Positions 18,633 through 28,399 are shown, counted from the stretch's first letter. The stretch: 64,000 nt of DNA from Pirellula sp. (GCA_044359895.1 JBIKLJ010000001.1:23508-87507), one strand, 5' to 3'. Numbers and translations: made by a program. Notes: generated from the sequence alone by a model not told the origin.

Positions 18633-18989
18633 TTACTTGGTCATGTTCTCCAGCATGTCGTTCATGCCTGGGAACAATTCCGCCCCGCCGGTCAAATCCT
18701 TGAGGGCTCCGATGTGCAGTTCCTTGGCAGAGCGGATCGCTTGATTCATAGCATCGCGAGTCAGTTGTTCGAGCAAGGCTTTGCTTTCACCCGATGAAAT
18801 CCCTTCGGACACGCTAACCGATTGGACCAAGCCCAAGCCATTCATTTCAACGTTGACCGACATGCCATCGCGAATTGCAGATCCATAAACGCGGGCCGTT
18901 TCAAGTCTCGCGTTGATGGCTTTCATTTGGGGCCCTAGCTGCGTTAGGTTCCGCATGGCACCGGCGAGATTGGTTAGGTTTTTGAACAT
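18633..18989 (-). CDS. ybaB: YbaB/EbfC family nucleoid-associated protein
   Basis: GSA..GMSVNVEMNG..LVQSVSV...LEQLTRDAMNQA pattern in a 118 aa protein. Confidence 0.75.
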   Translation of the reverse strand: MFKNLTNLAGAMRNLTQLGPQMKAINARLETARVYGSAIRDGMSVNVEMNGLGLVQSVSVSEGISSGESKALLEQLTRDAMNQAIRSAKELHIGALKDLTGGAELFPGMNDMLENMTK

Positions 18990-19029
18990 GTCGTTGGAAT
19001 GAGGTTCGTGGGAGTGAGGGAAGTGCGGG

Positions 19030-20367
19030 CTATCGAACTTTGCGAATGAACAGCTTGAAATCGCGATCTATCTTAGCAAGATCTTCCCCAAAGCATGCTT
19101 GAAATAATTCGATTCGCTCTTTGGAGGTGGACTGGTTGCCAGGACTTTTCGATTTCAGCTGCTTTAAGTAGCTGACGAACTGCTTGGGTTTGCTTTTGAG
19201 TAAAAAGTATGTCAGTGCCCAAGATTCAGCGTAAGCATGGGTCAGGGTTTCGCCTGAGCGTAGGCGATTGTCGTGCAGCAGCAGCTGTTCGAGCGAGTCT
19301 TCTGGGCGAACAGTCAGATAGTTGGCAAAAACGTTGAGATTGTGGCGGTTTACTTTGCCAGTCCCGCCCCAGCCATTCGAACTGTTGGGATCAGGGGACT
19401 CGAAGAACATCGCCAAGCCTTCACTCAGCCATAGCGGATTATCGCCGAGCCTTACTTGAAGTCCGCTGTTGAAGGCGATTTGATGGCAAGCTTCGTGCAC
19501 AATCGTCGCGACCGTTCTTTCTGCTTGCGGTCTCGATAGGATTTGATTGATCAGTTCTTCACGTCCGACTTGGGCGTTGGGCGGAAGGATCCCTTCGATC
19601 CCAGTTAGATCGTACGAGGCCAGTCGATTGTTAGCTTGGTGGTAATAGCCGATGGTGTTTTCGGCACCGTCGAATTCGCTGCTTGCATGCTTGAGATAAG
19701 CGTCTTTGTCATCGAACACCATGGCGACCAGAGGAAACCTTGGGGGCGACAATTCGAAGCCTTTTTCTTTCCAAAACCGGTAGAAGCCTTTGTAGAGTCG
19801 CTCGTAGAGGCTCGCGTTCCAGCGGGCGTAAACGTCCGAGGTGTTGTAGCAAACGACGAAATGGTCTGTGACGATAAATTTGGAACCCGGTGGCATAGCA
19901 CGCAACGTTTTGCCTGCGAGTTCCTTGCTGGTGGTCGGAACAAGCGTCTCGGTTGGCGGAAGCTCCTCCAATCGTTGTAGATCGGCGGGAGGGACCGCCG
20001 TCAATACACCGTCCGCATCCAGGAACAAATGTCCCTCGGTCGGATTGCAGGACACGAGCTCCCCCGTGACCACCTGGGGCTGATTTTCAAGGTCGAAGGT
20101 AACGCGGTAAAGACGACCGATCAGGTTGCTGGCCTGGAGAGGGTTGGCAGGATCGGTGGGGACGGGTGCATTGGGGACGGGTGCATTGGGGACGGCGGCA
20201 TTGGGGACGGCGGCATTGGGGACGGGCTCAACCGGCTTTTCTTGAGCCCAAACCGAGTTATTGAAATACCCAACAGCCAGGTGGGCTAGAATCGTGATCC
20301 AAGAACACCAGAGCAGGCAATTCCTTTGGATCTTGCCCGTGGACTGTAGGACCGGGCATTCCTTCAA
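19030..20367 (-). CDS. DUF1570-domain protein (putative zinc metallopeptidase)
   Basis: TIVHEACHQIAFNSG (HExxH), PLWLSEGLAMFFE and YAESWALTYFL motifs. The start is placed at a TTG with a GGAG SD, because the longer ORF overlaps groES. Confidence 0.8.
   Translation of the reverse strand: MKECPVLQSTGKIQRNCLLWCSWITILAHLAVGYFNNSVWAQEKPVEPVPNAAVPNAAVPNAPVPNAPVPTDPANPLQASNLIGRLYRVTFDLENQPQVVTGELVSCNPTEGHLFLDADGVLTAVPPADLQRLEELPPTETLVPTTSKELAGKTLRAMPPGSKFIVTDHFVVCYNTSDVYARWNASLYERLYKGFYRFWKEKGFELSPPRFPLVAMVFDDKDAYLKHASSEFDGAENTIGYYHQANNRLASYDLTGIEGILPPNAQVGREELINQILSRPQAERTVATIVHEACHQIAFNSGLQVRLGDNPLWLSEGLAMFFESPDPNSSNGWGGTGKVNRHNLNVFANYLTVRPEDSLEQLLLHDNRLRSGETLTHAYAESWALTYFLLKSKPKQFVSYLKQLKSKSPGNQSTSKERIELFQACFGEDLAKIDRDFKLFIRKVR
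20158..20226. repeat. Intragenic 15-bp tandem repeat, about 4.6 copies (encodes a PNA(A/P)V linker)
   Basis: GGGGACGGGTGCATT x2, then GGGGACGGCGGCATT x2, plus a partial copy. Confidence 0.9.
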
Positions 20368-20413
20368 GTCAGTCTCCAAGAAGTTTGCGACCGTGACCCC
20401 TTCGACCTTGACC

Positions 20414-20746
20414 TTAAGAGAGGTCGTCGGATTCCGATTTTTTGCGACGGAAAACAGCCACAACGTCTTCCACCGGCACGACGTAGAGCTGATTGTCTGG
20501 TTCAAAATCGACGGGGATCGCGTTTTTGGGATGGAACAAGATTTTGTCATATTGTCGGAGCGGAACCGCTTCATCTTGTTCTACCTGATGACTTATCGTG
20601 ACAATCCAACCGGTGATAGTCGGGATTTCGGCTGAGTCTGGAAGCGCGATCCCACCTTTCGTTTCCCTTTTTGGTTCGTCTTTACGAACCAAAATCCGGG
20701 CTCCGACGGGCTCGATGTAGTCAAACTGTGGGGTTTTCTTTGCCAT
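20414..20746 (-). CDS. groES: Divergent GroES/Cpn10 family co-chaperone, with no adjacent groEL
   Basis: IEPVGARILVRKDEPKRETKGGIALPDSA ... VEDVVAV pattern. Confidence 0.8.
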   Translation of the reverse strand: MAKKTPQFDYIEPVGARILVRKDEPKRETKGGIALPDSAEIPTITGWIVTISHQVEQDEAVPLRQYDKILFHPKNAIPVDFEPDNQLYVVPVEDVVAVFRRKKSESDDLS

Positions 20747-20903
20747 CAGCAAAGCATACGGCAAGCCAATAAATCGGCAAGTACATTTGCACTTGCATTG
20801 AGAGGCAAATTCGTCATACTGCTGGGCTTCCTTACAAATCAAATGGGCATCCAAGTGCCCGCTATACCTCGAATTTAATTAATAGCAGCGGAACGCAGCA
20901 GGC

Positions 20904-21527
20904 ATGATTGAAACGATTGAAGTGGCCAAGCGAGATGTACTCGGCTCACGAGCCATGATAAAAATTCGCGAAAAAGGGCATATTCCGGCGATTTTGTACG
21001 GTCACGGCGAAGAAAACATTTGCCTGACTCTTCCGTTGGATACGGTCAACAACTTGATCAAGCATGGAACCAAGCTGGTTTCGCTGACGGGTGGCGTTAC
21101 GGACACGGCACTTTTGCGAGCCGTCCAGTGGAGCAGCATGGGCGATCGAATCATCCACGTTGACTTTGCACGGGTTTCTCAAACGGAAGACGTCGAAGTC
21201 ACCATTCCAATTCATTTGCACGGGGAGGCCCCTGGTGCTCTTTCGGCCGCTGGGCAGTTGCGATTCGTTACGCACGAAATCGTCATTCGATGCCCAGCTT
21301 CGTCGATTCCTGAGTATTTGGTCTGTGAAATTGGTGCTTTGCAACTGGGCCAATCGATTCACGTTAGCGATATGAAGCTGCCACCAGGTGCAACATCAGT
21401 AACGCCTGCGGCCATTGTGATTGCTCAGGTTGCTGTTGCTGCGGGTGAAAGTGCCCCAGATCCGTTGGCTACCTCTTCCGAGCCTGAGCTGATTCGTAAA
21501 GAAAAAGCTTCTGAAGCCGGAGCGTAA
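20904..21527 (+). CDS. rplY: 50S ribosomal protein L25/Ctc
   Basis: IPAILYGHG, VQWSSMGDRIIHVDF, IPIHLHGEAPG and LQLGQSIHVSD motifs. Confidence 0.95.
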   Translation: MIETIEVAKRDVLGSRAMIKIREKGHIPAILYGHGEENICLTLPLDTVNNLIKHGTKLVSLTGGVTDTALLRAVQWSSMGDRIIHVDFARVSQTEDVEVTIPIHLHGEAPGALSAAGQLRFVTHEIVIRCPASSIPEYLVCEIGALQLGQSIHVSDMKLPPGATSVTPAAIVIAQVAVAAGESAPDPLATSSEPELIRKEKASEAGA

Positions 21528-22153
21528 TGAATAATTTGGGTTCAATGGCTCGTCAAACAGATGCCGGAATGGCTTTGGTTGTTGGGTTGGGGAATCCTGG
21601 GTCCAAGTATGAGCGGACCCGACATAACATAGGATTTGATTGCCTGAATGACCTTCATGCTGGGATGGGTTCGCCCACCTTGCAGACCAAGTTTGAAGGG
21701 CAAGTCGCAAAAGGTCGAATAGGTGAACGGGATGTTTGCTTAATTTGGCCGCTCACTTTTATGAACTGCAGCGGGAGATGCGTCTCTCAGTTCGCTCGGT
21801 TTTACAAAGTGGAAGTCGAAAATATTTTGGTGATTTGCGATGACTTGAGCCTGCCACTTGGTAAACTCAGAATTCGAAAATCAGGTTCAAGCGGGGGCCA
21901 GAAAGGGCTGAACGACATCATTCAGTCGCTTGGGACGCAAGACGTTCCGCGATTGAGGATTGGAATCGATGCGACCCCTGAACATTGGGAAACCGCCGAT
22001 TACGTGTTAAGCAAGTTCTCCTCGTCCGAACGAGCAGTTGTGGAGCAAGGCCTCTCCTTTGCAGGAGGGGCCGTCTTCACGTGGTTGAAGGAAGGGATTG
22101 ACGCCGCGATGAACAAGTTCAATTGCGAATCAAAACCGCCTAAGATCAGTTAA
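21527..22153 (+). CDS. pth: Peptidyl-tRNA hydrolase
   Basis: VVGLGNPGSKYERTRHNIG, TFMNCSG, GSSGGQKGL and RLRIGI motifs. Confidence 0.96.
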   Translation: MNNLGSMARQTDAGMALVVGLGNPGSKYERTRHNIGFDCLNDLHAGMGSPTLQTKFEGQVAKGRIGERDVCLIWPLTFMNCSGRCVSQFARFYKVEVENILVICDDLSLPLGKLRIRKSGSSGGQKGLNDIIQSLGTQDVPRLRIGIDATPEHWETADYVLSKFSSSERAVVEQGLSFAGGAVFTWLKEGIDAAMNKFNCESKPPKIS

Positions 22154-22216
22154 GAGAAATCCGTCGAGTTTAGGTTCGAAAAAGAAGTATTGGGATCAGT
22201 TTCCAGGAGTTTTAAG

Positions 22217-22630
22217 TTGGTTACCGGAATTTACGAGTGCTTGTTCCTCTTTGACAGCAACCATTACGCTCGCGATCCAGGTGGAGTTTCGGGCGCCGCA
22301 CAAAACATGATCACCGAAATGGGTGGCGAAATTTTGGTTAGCCGTCTGTGGGCTGAGCAACGTCTTGCGTACCAAATCAAGGGACATCAAAAGGGAACGT
22401 ACTGGCTGACCTATTTCAAGCTGGATACCGCCAAGTTGAAAGAACTGAATCGGGCCTATCAATTGAACGAAAGCCTGCTCCGGTTCATGTTCACTCGCGT
22501 TGACGCGCGTTTGATCGATGCATTGGTAGCACACGCTCAGGAAAAAGTCGTTGTGCCAATCGATGTTCTTGAGAAGGTGGCCATCGGGGCTGTAGATGAC
22601 GAAGAAGAAGTCGAAGTCGACGAAGAATAG
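22217..22630 (+). CDS. rpsF: 30S ribosomal protein S6
   Basis: YECLFLFD, WAEQRLAYQIKG..KGTY and LNESLLRFM motifs. TTG start after an AGGAG SD. Confidence 0.93.
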   Translation: MVTGIYECLFLFDSNHYARDPGGVSGAAQNMITEMGGEILVSRLWAEQRLAYQIKGHQKGTYWLTYFKLDTAKLKELNRAYQLNESLLRFMFTRVDARLIDALVAHAQEKVVVPIDVLEKVAIGAVDDEEEVEVDEE

Positions 22631-22640
22631 GATGGCTGTC

Positions 22641-22670
22641 AATGCGACCATATCGAGGTCGCGTTTTTTT
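22641..22670 (+). terminator. Probable Rho-independent terminator or attenuator between rpsF and ssb
   Basis: AATGCGACC-loop-GGTCGCGTT stem followed by a T-run. Confidence 0.6.
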
Positions 22671-22700
22671 CAGTTGTTGTCATTTTGAGTGAGGTACATC

Positions 22701-23219
22701 ATGGCTAGCTACAATCGAGTTATTTTGCTCGGGAACCTAGTTCGAGATATCGAACTTCGATACACCAACAGCCGCATGGCTGTTTGTCAGAATGCGATCG
22801 CAGTGAATGACAGAAGAAAGAATGCAAGCGGCGAATGGATCGACGAGACCTCGTTCGTTGAAGTGACTTTTTTCGGCCGAACAGCAGAAGTGGTTAGCGA
22901 GTATCTGAGCAAGGGGTCACCGATTTTTGTCGAAGGCCGGCTCAAACAAGATACTTGGGAGAAAGACGGTCAAAAGCGCAGCAAACTCTATGTGATCGTT
23001 GATCGCATGCAGTTGCTGGGCGGCAAGAGCGATGGCAAGGGCGGTGCCGGTGCGGGTGGCGAAACAAGAACTCGTCCTTCAACACCAGCATCGTCCAGCA
23101 ATTCAAGATTCGTCGATTCGGCTCATGATGGCCCTGGGCCAATGCACCAAGCCAACTCCGACATGCACGTGTCCGAAGTAGGCGATGATATTTACGTAAA
23201 TGAAGACATGCCGTTTTAA
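22701..23219 (+). CDS. ssb: Single-stranded DNA-binding protein
   Basis: [30 protein letters not shown], and the acidic tail ...NEDMPF. Confidence 0.97.
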   Translation: MASYNRVILLGNLVRDIELRYTNSRMAVCQNAIAVNDRRKNASGEWIDETSFVEVTFFGRTAEVVSEYLSKGSPIFVEGRLKQDTWEKDGQKRSKLYVIVDRMQLLGGKSDGKGGAGAGGETRTRPSTPASSSNSRFVDSAHDGPGPMHQANSDMHVSEVGDDIYVNEDMPF

Positions 23220-23303
23220 ACATACCGGTACAAGCCCGGCCTGTGGTGGCGGTTCAGAATTATCCAGCAGATATGACTTTTTTCGGATCAGAGTTCTAAG
23301 AAA

Positions 23304-23822
23304 ATGGCAGTTGCAAAAAAGAAGCGAATTCCCCAATTTCCACGCCTTCCTAAAGGACCCAATGGCGGCATCCAATTGATGCTGATCCAAGGGGTGGAGC
23401 ACCTCGGTAAGTCTGGCGACGTTGTGGAAGTGAAGCCAGGGTTCGCCAATAACTACCTGCTGCCTGAAGGCCTAGCGATCGTTGCAACCGATCACCACAA
23501 GCGAATGGTTGAAAAGCACCGTTCCAAGCTGCAAGAACTCGAAAAGCAACGGCTTGTTGGGCTCCGCAGCCTTGCTGACCAAATCTCGAAACAATCGATC
23601 AACGTCGAAGCGAATGCAAACGATGAAGGTCACTTGTACGGTAGCGTAGGCGCACCTGAAATCATCTCCGCCTTGAAGGCAAACGGATTCACCGTCAGTG
23701 CCGATCAAGTGAAACTGGAAGGTGTGCTCAAAGAACTTGGACTTTACACCGTCAAGATCCAGCTGCATCAAGACATTGTGACCGAACTGAAGGTGTGGGT
23801 CGTTCCGACCGCTGCACACTAA
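23304..23822 (+). CDS. rplI: 50S ribosomal protein L9
   Basis: LGKSGDVVEVKPGFANNYLLP and GHLYGSV motifs. Confidence 0.96.
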   Translation: MAVAKKKRIPQFPRLPKGPNGGIQLMLIQGVEHLGKSGDVVEVKPGFANNYLLPEGLAIVATDHHKRMVEKHRSKLQELEKQRLVGLRSLADQISKQSINVEANANDEGHLYGSVGAPEIISALKANGFTVSADQVKLEGVLKELGLYTVKIQLHQDIVTELKVWVVPTAAH

Positions 23823-23828
23823 AACTGT

Positions 23829-24683
23829 ATGCTGCCTAGAGAAGAATTCGTAGAACAAGCTTATCTATTTCGAATTCTTTCGGAACGCATCCATCAAGAT
23901 ATCACGCTCCAAGATCTCTTGGAGCAGTGTCGCTTCGAAGTGCTGGCAACCACCAAATTGCCTCTCGCCATCGGTTTTCTTTTGACCGAATTGAAACATT
24001 CCGGGATTATGGCCCCTGGAATGAAGCGACTTCAGCACTACTTCACGCCGTTCCAGACGTTTGTGATTGAGCAGTCCGAACAAGACGTTGGGCAGTTCGA
24101 TTTCCAATCCGCTCTAAGAGTCCTTCGGTTCGAGGCCGAATACAGGGCCAATACGGACAGCATGCAGGGCATGTTTTTTTATCAGTTCGAAGTACTCTGC
24201 CGGAATCGATTGAACTACGATCGCGGGCTAAAAGCGATGAGCCTTGATCCGATTTACTCCAAGGATTGGCATGACTGGTTATTGATCGTTCGCAAGCAAT
24301 TAGGGATCGTCGACATCGCTGATTTGATCTACGGCAGGAGCGAGGATTTCGTGGCCTACCGCAAGCGGCATCTCGGTGAAGACGCCGAAGCGGACTATCC
24401 GATTTTGTTTGGTGAACGCGAGGGGAAAATTGCATTCGCAAACCGACGCAAGGAGCCTCTGTTCTTGTTTGCGGCCATGCAGCGCCACCTGGGCTATCCG
24501 GCAGTCCCCAGGCGTGAAGTGCGTGATACGGCGATCGAAATGATACCGCAAATGCATCGAAGAATAGAACGTCTTGAGACTCGGCTCAAGTTCATGGAAG
24601 ACGAACAGCGGCAAGGAATCGATATCACCAAATTCTATTCGGCCAACAAGCCGGTTCCTATCGATTTGGATGAGATGCTTTGA
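23829..24683 (+). CDS. Conserved planctomycete hypothetical protein
   Basis: 284 aa ORF 6 nt after rplI, with EQAYLFR, FYQFEVLCRNRLNYD and LFGEREGKIA blocks. No recognisable domain. Confidence 0.75.
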   Translation: MLPREEFVEQAYLFRILSERIHQDITLQDLLEQCRFEVLATTKLPLAIGFLLTELKHSGIMAPGMKRLQHYFTPFQTFVIEQSEQDVGQFDFQSALRVLRFEAEYRANTDSMQGMFFYQFEVLCRNRLNYDRGLKAMSLDPIYSKDWHDWLLIVRKQLGIVDIADLIYGRSEDFVAYRKRHLGEDAEADYPILFGEREGKIAFANRRKEPLFLFAAMQRHLGYPAVPRREVRDTAIEMIPQMHRRIERLETRLKFMEDEQRQGIDITKFYSANKPVPIDLDEML

Positions 24684-24779
24684 TGGTTGTAACTACCTAG
24701 CCGCGTCTCGAAGAGATGCGTTTCTCACGGCTCCTTTTAACCTTATTGCAGACTGACTGCCTTACAGAATGTTACTGCT

Positions 24780-25448
24780 CTACGGCGCGGAACGGTAGCG
24801 TTGAATTGCTTTTTCGATCAATGCTTTGGCTTCCGTAGCGCCGAGGAAGCCATTCAGTTCAACCACCTTCCGCCCTTCGGGAAGTTGTTTATAGACTCGA
24901 AAGAATGCTTCAATTCGCTGTGTTTCCACAGCGGGCAGGTCTTCGATGGTGCGAATCGAATCGTAGGTTGGGTCGACTTGCGTGGTAGGAACGGCGATCA
25001 CCTTATCGTCTTCTTCTCCACCATCTAGCATTTTCAGAACTCCGATGGGGCGGACGCGTATTAATGCCCCCTGCACAATCGGTTCGCGACTGAGCACAAG
25101 TACGTCTAAGTTATCACCATCACCGGCGAGCGACGCAGTAATGACTCCGTAGTTCGCTAGGTAGACGACAGGCATCGACTGAAAGCGATCGACCGCAATG
25201 ATCCCCAACTCAGGATCAATTTCGTATTTGGTGAAACTCCCCTGCGAAATCTCGATGACTGCCACCACTTCCTCCGGGAATGACGGGCCTTGAGGAACGT
25301 CAAACGGATGCACCCACTGCTTGGCGCCCCGCATCTTTAGTGTGGCTGGCTGACCTGTCTCGGGACCAGCTTGCTGAAGTTGATAAGCACTTGCACACAA
25401 TAGTAAAAAACCAATTCCCGCGCTGCTGAACTGCTGTAATTTACTCAT
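24780..25448 (-). CDS. ppa: Family I inorganic pyrophosphatase with a signal-peptide-like N-terminal extension
   Basis: IEI..GSFTKYEID, VDRF, NYG, DGDNLDVLV, RPIGVLKMLD..EEDDKVIAVP and FFRVYK motifs. The N-terminus is MSKLQQFSSAGIGFLLLCASA. Confidence 0.9.
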   Translation of the reverse strand: MSKLQQFSSAGIGFLLLCASAYQLQQAGPETGQPATLKMRGAKQWVHPFDVPQGPSFPEEVVAVIEISQGSFTKYEIDPELGIIAVDRFQSMPVVYLANYGVITASLAGDGDNLDVLVLSREPIVQGALIRVRPIGVLKMLDGGEEDDKVIAVPTTQVDPTYDSIRTIEDLPAVETQRIEAFFRVYKQLPEGRKVVELNGFLGATEAKALIEKAIQRYRSAP

Positions 25449-25762
25449 TCAAAGCTCCTACAAACTCCGGACACGAATATGGACGCGCGCGATAGAGAAA
25501 ACATGCCATCTTGTCTAACCGTGCACAATCGTCTTTGAAGTCTCCCGATCTGCCAAGGTCTTGGGGAGACATTACAAAGTCGAGTTTCCGAATGAAGTCG
25601 TGACGAGCCGAACAACACTCGAGTCTTAACTTTTTCTTTGCGCAAACTTAACAGAAAAAACACAGTCCCCTGATAAAAAACTAAATATAAAGTTATAGTA
25701 ACGTAACCCACATTTGGGCTGCTGGTTTGATAAGTCGCGAGTTATTGATTCCGGTTGCCGGC

Positions 25763-25780
25763 CTTTAACCGGGGTTAAAG
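25763..25780. promoter_or_regulatory. Operator-like inverted repeat upstream of the DUF1559 gene
   Basis: CTTTAACC-GG-GGTTAAAG, about 35 nt before the ATG, in an AT-rich divergent intergenic region. Confidence 0.4.
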
Positions 25781-25814
25781 CCTTGGTACTTTCATAGATT
25801 TTTGGAGATTTTAA

Positions 25815-26756
25815 ATGCGCAAATCGTTCACCCGAAGCGGGTTTACTTTGGTCGAGTTGCTGGTTGTTATCGCGATCATCGGAATTTTGGTAGGCTTGCT
25901 GCTTCCCGCTGTTCAGAGCGCCCGCGAGGCAGCTCGCCGCATGCAGTGCATTAATAACATGCGGCAGTTTGGGTTGGCGATGCACAACCACGAGAGCGCA
26001 TACAAATCGTTCCCACAATCGCGCCCAGTCGACTTGGTAGGGAATCGGATGAGCTGGTGTATCGTGGTACTTGATTTCATCGAGCAATCCAATTTAGCGA
26101 ACATTTACGATAAGCGTGTCCGCTGGAACACGGGAGCCAATGTTATTGCTGGGCAAACCATTCTGCCTCTCTTCATTTGCCCATCATCGGCAACTGGTAC
26201 AACCCGGCTTCCCGCCAATGGTACGGGTTCTGACTTGGACGGCGTCGTCATGGGTGCTTCGGATTATATCGTAATGCACCGTCTGCGCAACCGCTTTTAC
26301 ACAGCCAATCGTCTGGTAAATCCCTTGGGAACAGCTGACCATGATGGGGTTTTGGTTGCAAACACCCAGACCAAGATTGGACAAATTTTGGATGGCACAA
26401 GCAATACGATTCTGGTCATGGAAGACGCTGGTCGACCAAATTGGTTTGTCCTTCGTCGCCCCCAAGGAACGATACTTCCGCGTCCGGAAGGCTTTGGCTG
26501 GACAGACCCAGACGGAGGCGCTGGCTCGATGGACGGTACGGATCGTCTGACGGGTGCCATCAACGGCGGCAGTGGCACTGGCACTTGCATTATGAATTGC
26601 AACAATGACAGCGAACCCTATAGCTTTCACACAGGGGGTATGAATGTGAGTATGGCCGACGGTTCCGCACGATTTATTTCGGAAAGCATTAGTGCGGCGA
26701 CCTTTGCTGCACTCGTCACTCCTCGTGGTGGTGAAGTTATTGATTCGGACTTCTAA
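25815..26756 (+). CDS. DUF1559 family prepilin-type N-terminal cleavage/methylation protein (H-X9-DG)
   Basis: [43 protein letters not shown] and [12 protein letters not shown] motifs. Confidence 0.96.
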   Translation: MRKSFTRSGFTLVELLVVIAIIGILVGLLLPAVQSAREAARRMQCINNMRQFGLAMHNHESAYKSFPQSRPVDLVGNRMSWCIVVLDFIEQSNLANIYDKRVRWNTGANVIAGQTILPLFICPSSATGTTRLPANGTGSDLDGVVMGASDYIVMHRLRNRFYTANRLVNPLGTADHDGVLVANTQTKIGQILDGTSNTILVMEDAGRPNWFVLRRPQGTILPRPEGFGWTDPDGGAGSMDGTDRLTGAINGGSGTGTCIMNCNNDSEPYSFHTGGMNVSMADGSARFISESISAATFAALVTPRGGEVIDSDF

Positions 26757-26854
26757 GATGGAATCTGGTCAGAGTTCGCTTAACCAGGGCTTCATAGCCA
26801 ACGGTTGCGGCTTCGCTTGTTTTCTACACCACACCAACCCAACACGGCTATTCT

Positions 26855-27268
26855 ATGATCATCGTTCGTTACTCGCTCATGACTTGTCTATTCATGTTGG
26901 TAATGGCGGGTTGTGGTGGTGGCGGTGCGCTTCCCCGTCCTGAGGGTGTCAAAGTGAATGGTAAAATCCTCCAGGCAAATGGCTCGCCACTGCCTGGCGG
27001 AACTCTTATTCTCCGGCCGGATAAAGGCCTTTATGGCGCTACCGCTATCATTCAATCTGACGGCAGTTTTGCGTTGCAAGACACTTCCGGCACGCCGGAT
27101 ATAGTAACTGGTAAATATCAGGTGTTCGTCAGCTTTCCAAACCCGAGCCACGTGTCTCTCAGCAAATCTGTAGCCAAGCGTTACCAAGAAAGCGACGATG
27201 GTGACTCCGATGTGTTTGTGGACATACAGCAACCGACCGAAGAATTGATTATCCGATTGAAAAAATAG
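26855..27268 (+). CDS. DUF1559-associated lipoprotein (carboxypeptidase-regulatory-like beta-sandwich)
   Basis: Lipobox MAG-C, then VNGKIL..NGSPLPGG.L.L.P, IQSDGSF.L and GKYQV.V. Confidence 0.8.
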   Translation: MIIVRYSLMTCLFMLVMAGCGGGGALPRPEGVKVNGKILQANGSPLPGGTLILRPDKGLYGATAIIQSDGSFALQDTSGTPDIVTGKYQVFVSFPNPSHVSLSKSVAKRYQESDDGDSDVFVDIQQPTEELIIRLKK

Positions 27269-27365
27269 TCACACCAAAAAATGGCCAACAGCCGAAATCA
27301 GAACGCAAAAATCAGAAAGTAACTTGCGAGGCTGAACGGCAGTTTAAATCGGCAGCGCAGCGTGG

Positions 27366-27419
27366 GAACAGTTGAGCGACAACTGTTCGACATTGTCGAG
27401 CAGTTGTCCTCAACTGCTC
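27366..27419. repeat. Nested palindrome / long hairpin between convergent genes
   Basis: CAGTTGAGCGACAACTGTTCGACA-T-TGTCGAGCAGTTGTCCTCAACTG. The arms pair almost perfectly, and each arm contains its own CAGTTG..CAACTG hairpin. Confidence 0.75.
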
Positions 27420-27436
27420 AGAACTGGCTCATCGGA

Positions 27437-28399
27437 TCATGCAAGCGTTCGCTTTTGGAACTCGACTAACTCGCGATAATCTTCGTCAGGTAGTTGGAAA
27501 TCCAGTGCGCTGCGAAGCTCATGGACCTGAGTCGGATTGCGAAAGCCGACGATCGCGCCCGTGACGGCAGGATGCCGCAACGTGAATGCGATGGCGATCT
27601 CGCCCGCTTTCTTGCCGTACCGATCGCCAACCTGTTGCAGTTTTTCGGCGATAAGAAGATTCTTGGTAAGCAACGGTTCTTGAAAGTACGAACTGCGATG
27701 TCGCCAATCGTCTGCAGCTAAACTTGCGAGCCTTTCACGCGACATCGAACCGCTCAGGAGTCCAGAACCCATGGGCGAGTACACAATCACACCGATCTTT
27801 TCTTGACGAGCATACGGCAAAATCGATTCTTCGACTTCAGGGCGAATCATTGAATAGGGTGGTTGCAAAGAGGTAATCGGTCCGATGGCTTGAAGACGTG
27901 CCATTTGGGTCGCATTGAAGTTCGACACGCCAGCCCACCGGATTTTCCCTTCACGTTTCAGATCCAGCAATGTTGTCCAGCCCTTCTCGATGTACTCGTC
28001 AGGTTCCGGCCAATGGACTTGATAGAGATCGATCGTGTCAACATTCAGTCGGCGTAGACTGTCCTCGCACTCTTGGCGGATCGATTCGGGCTCCAGCGAC
28101 TTTACAATTTGGCGATCGGAATTCCAGGTCCGTTCGCACTTGGTGAAAACGTAGGGCCTAGTACCGCTGTAAGTGGAAAGTGCCTTTGCAACGACCTCTT
28201 CCGAATGCCCAAGTCCGTACACAGCGGCAGTGTCGATCCAATTGATTCCTGCGTCTAAGGCTGCATGGATGGCGTCGATCGAAGCTTGGTCGTCTTGGTG
28301 GCTCCAAGAGAAAGCCCAACCTGCTCCCCCCATGGCCCAGGCTCCGATCCCGATCGAAGTGATTTGTAGGTCTGAATTTCCGAGTTGTTGAATCTGCAT
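27437..28399 (-). CDS. Aldo/keto reductase
   Basis: IGIGAWAMGG, WIDTAAVYG, FTKC, IDLYQVHWP, GVSNF, SLQPPYS and YSPMGSGLL motifs. Confidence 0.95.
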   Translation of the reverse strand: MQIQQLGNSDLQITSIGIGAWAMGGAGWAFSWSHQDDQASIDAIHAALDAGINWIDTAAVYGLGHSEEVVAKALSTYSGTRPYVFTKCERTWNSDRQIVKSLEPESIRQECEDSLRRLNVDTIDLYQVHWPEPDEYIEKGWTTLLDLKREGKIRWAGVSNFNATQMARLQAIGPITSLQPPYSMIRPEVEESILPYARQEKIGVIVYSPMGSGLLSGSMSRERLASLAADDWRHRSSYFQEPLLTKNLLIAEKLQQVGDRYGKKAGEIAIAFTLRHPAVTGAIVGFRNPTQVHELRSALDFQLPDEDYRELVEFQKRTLA

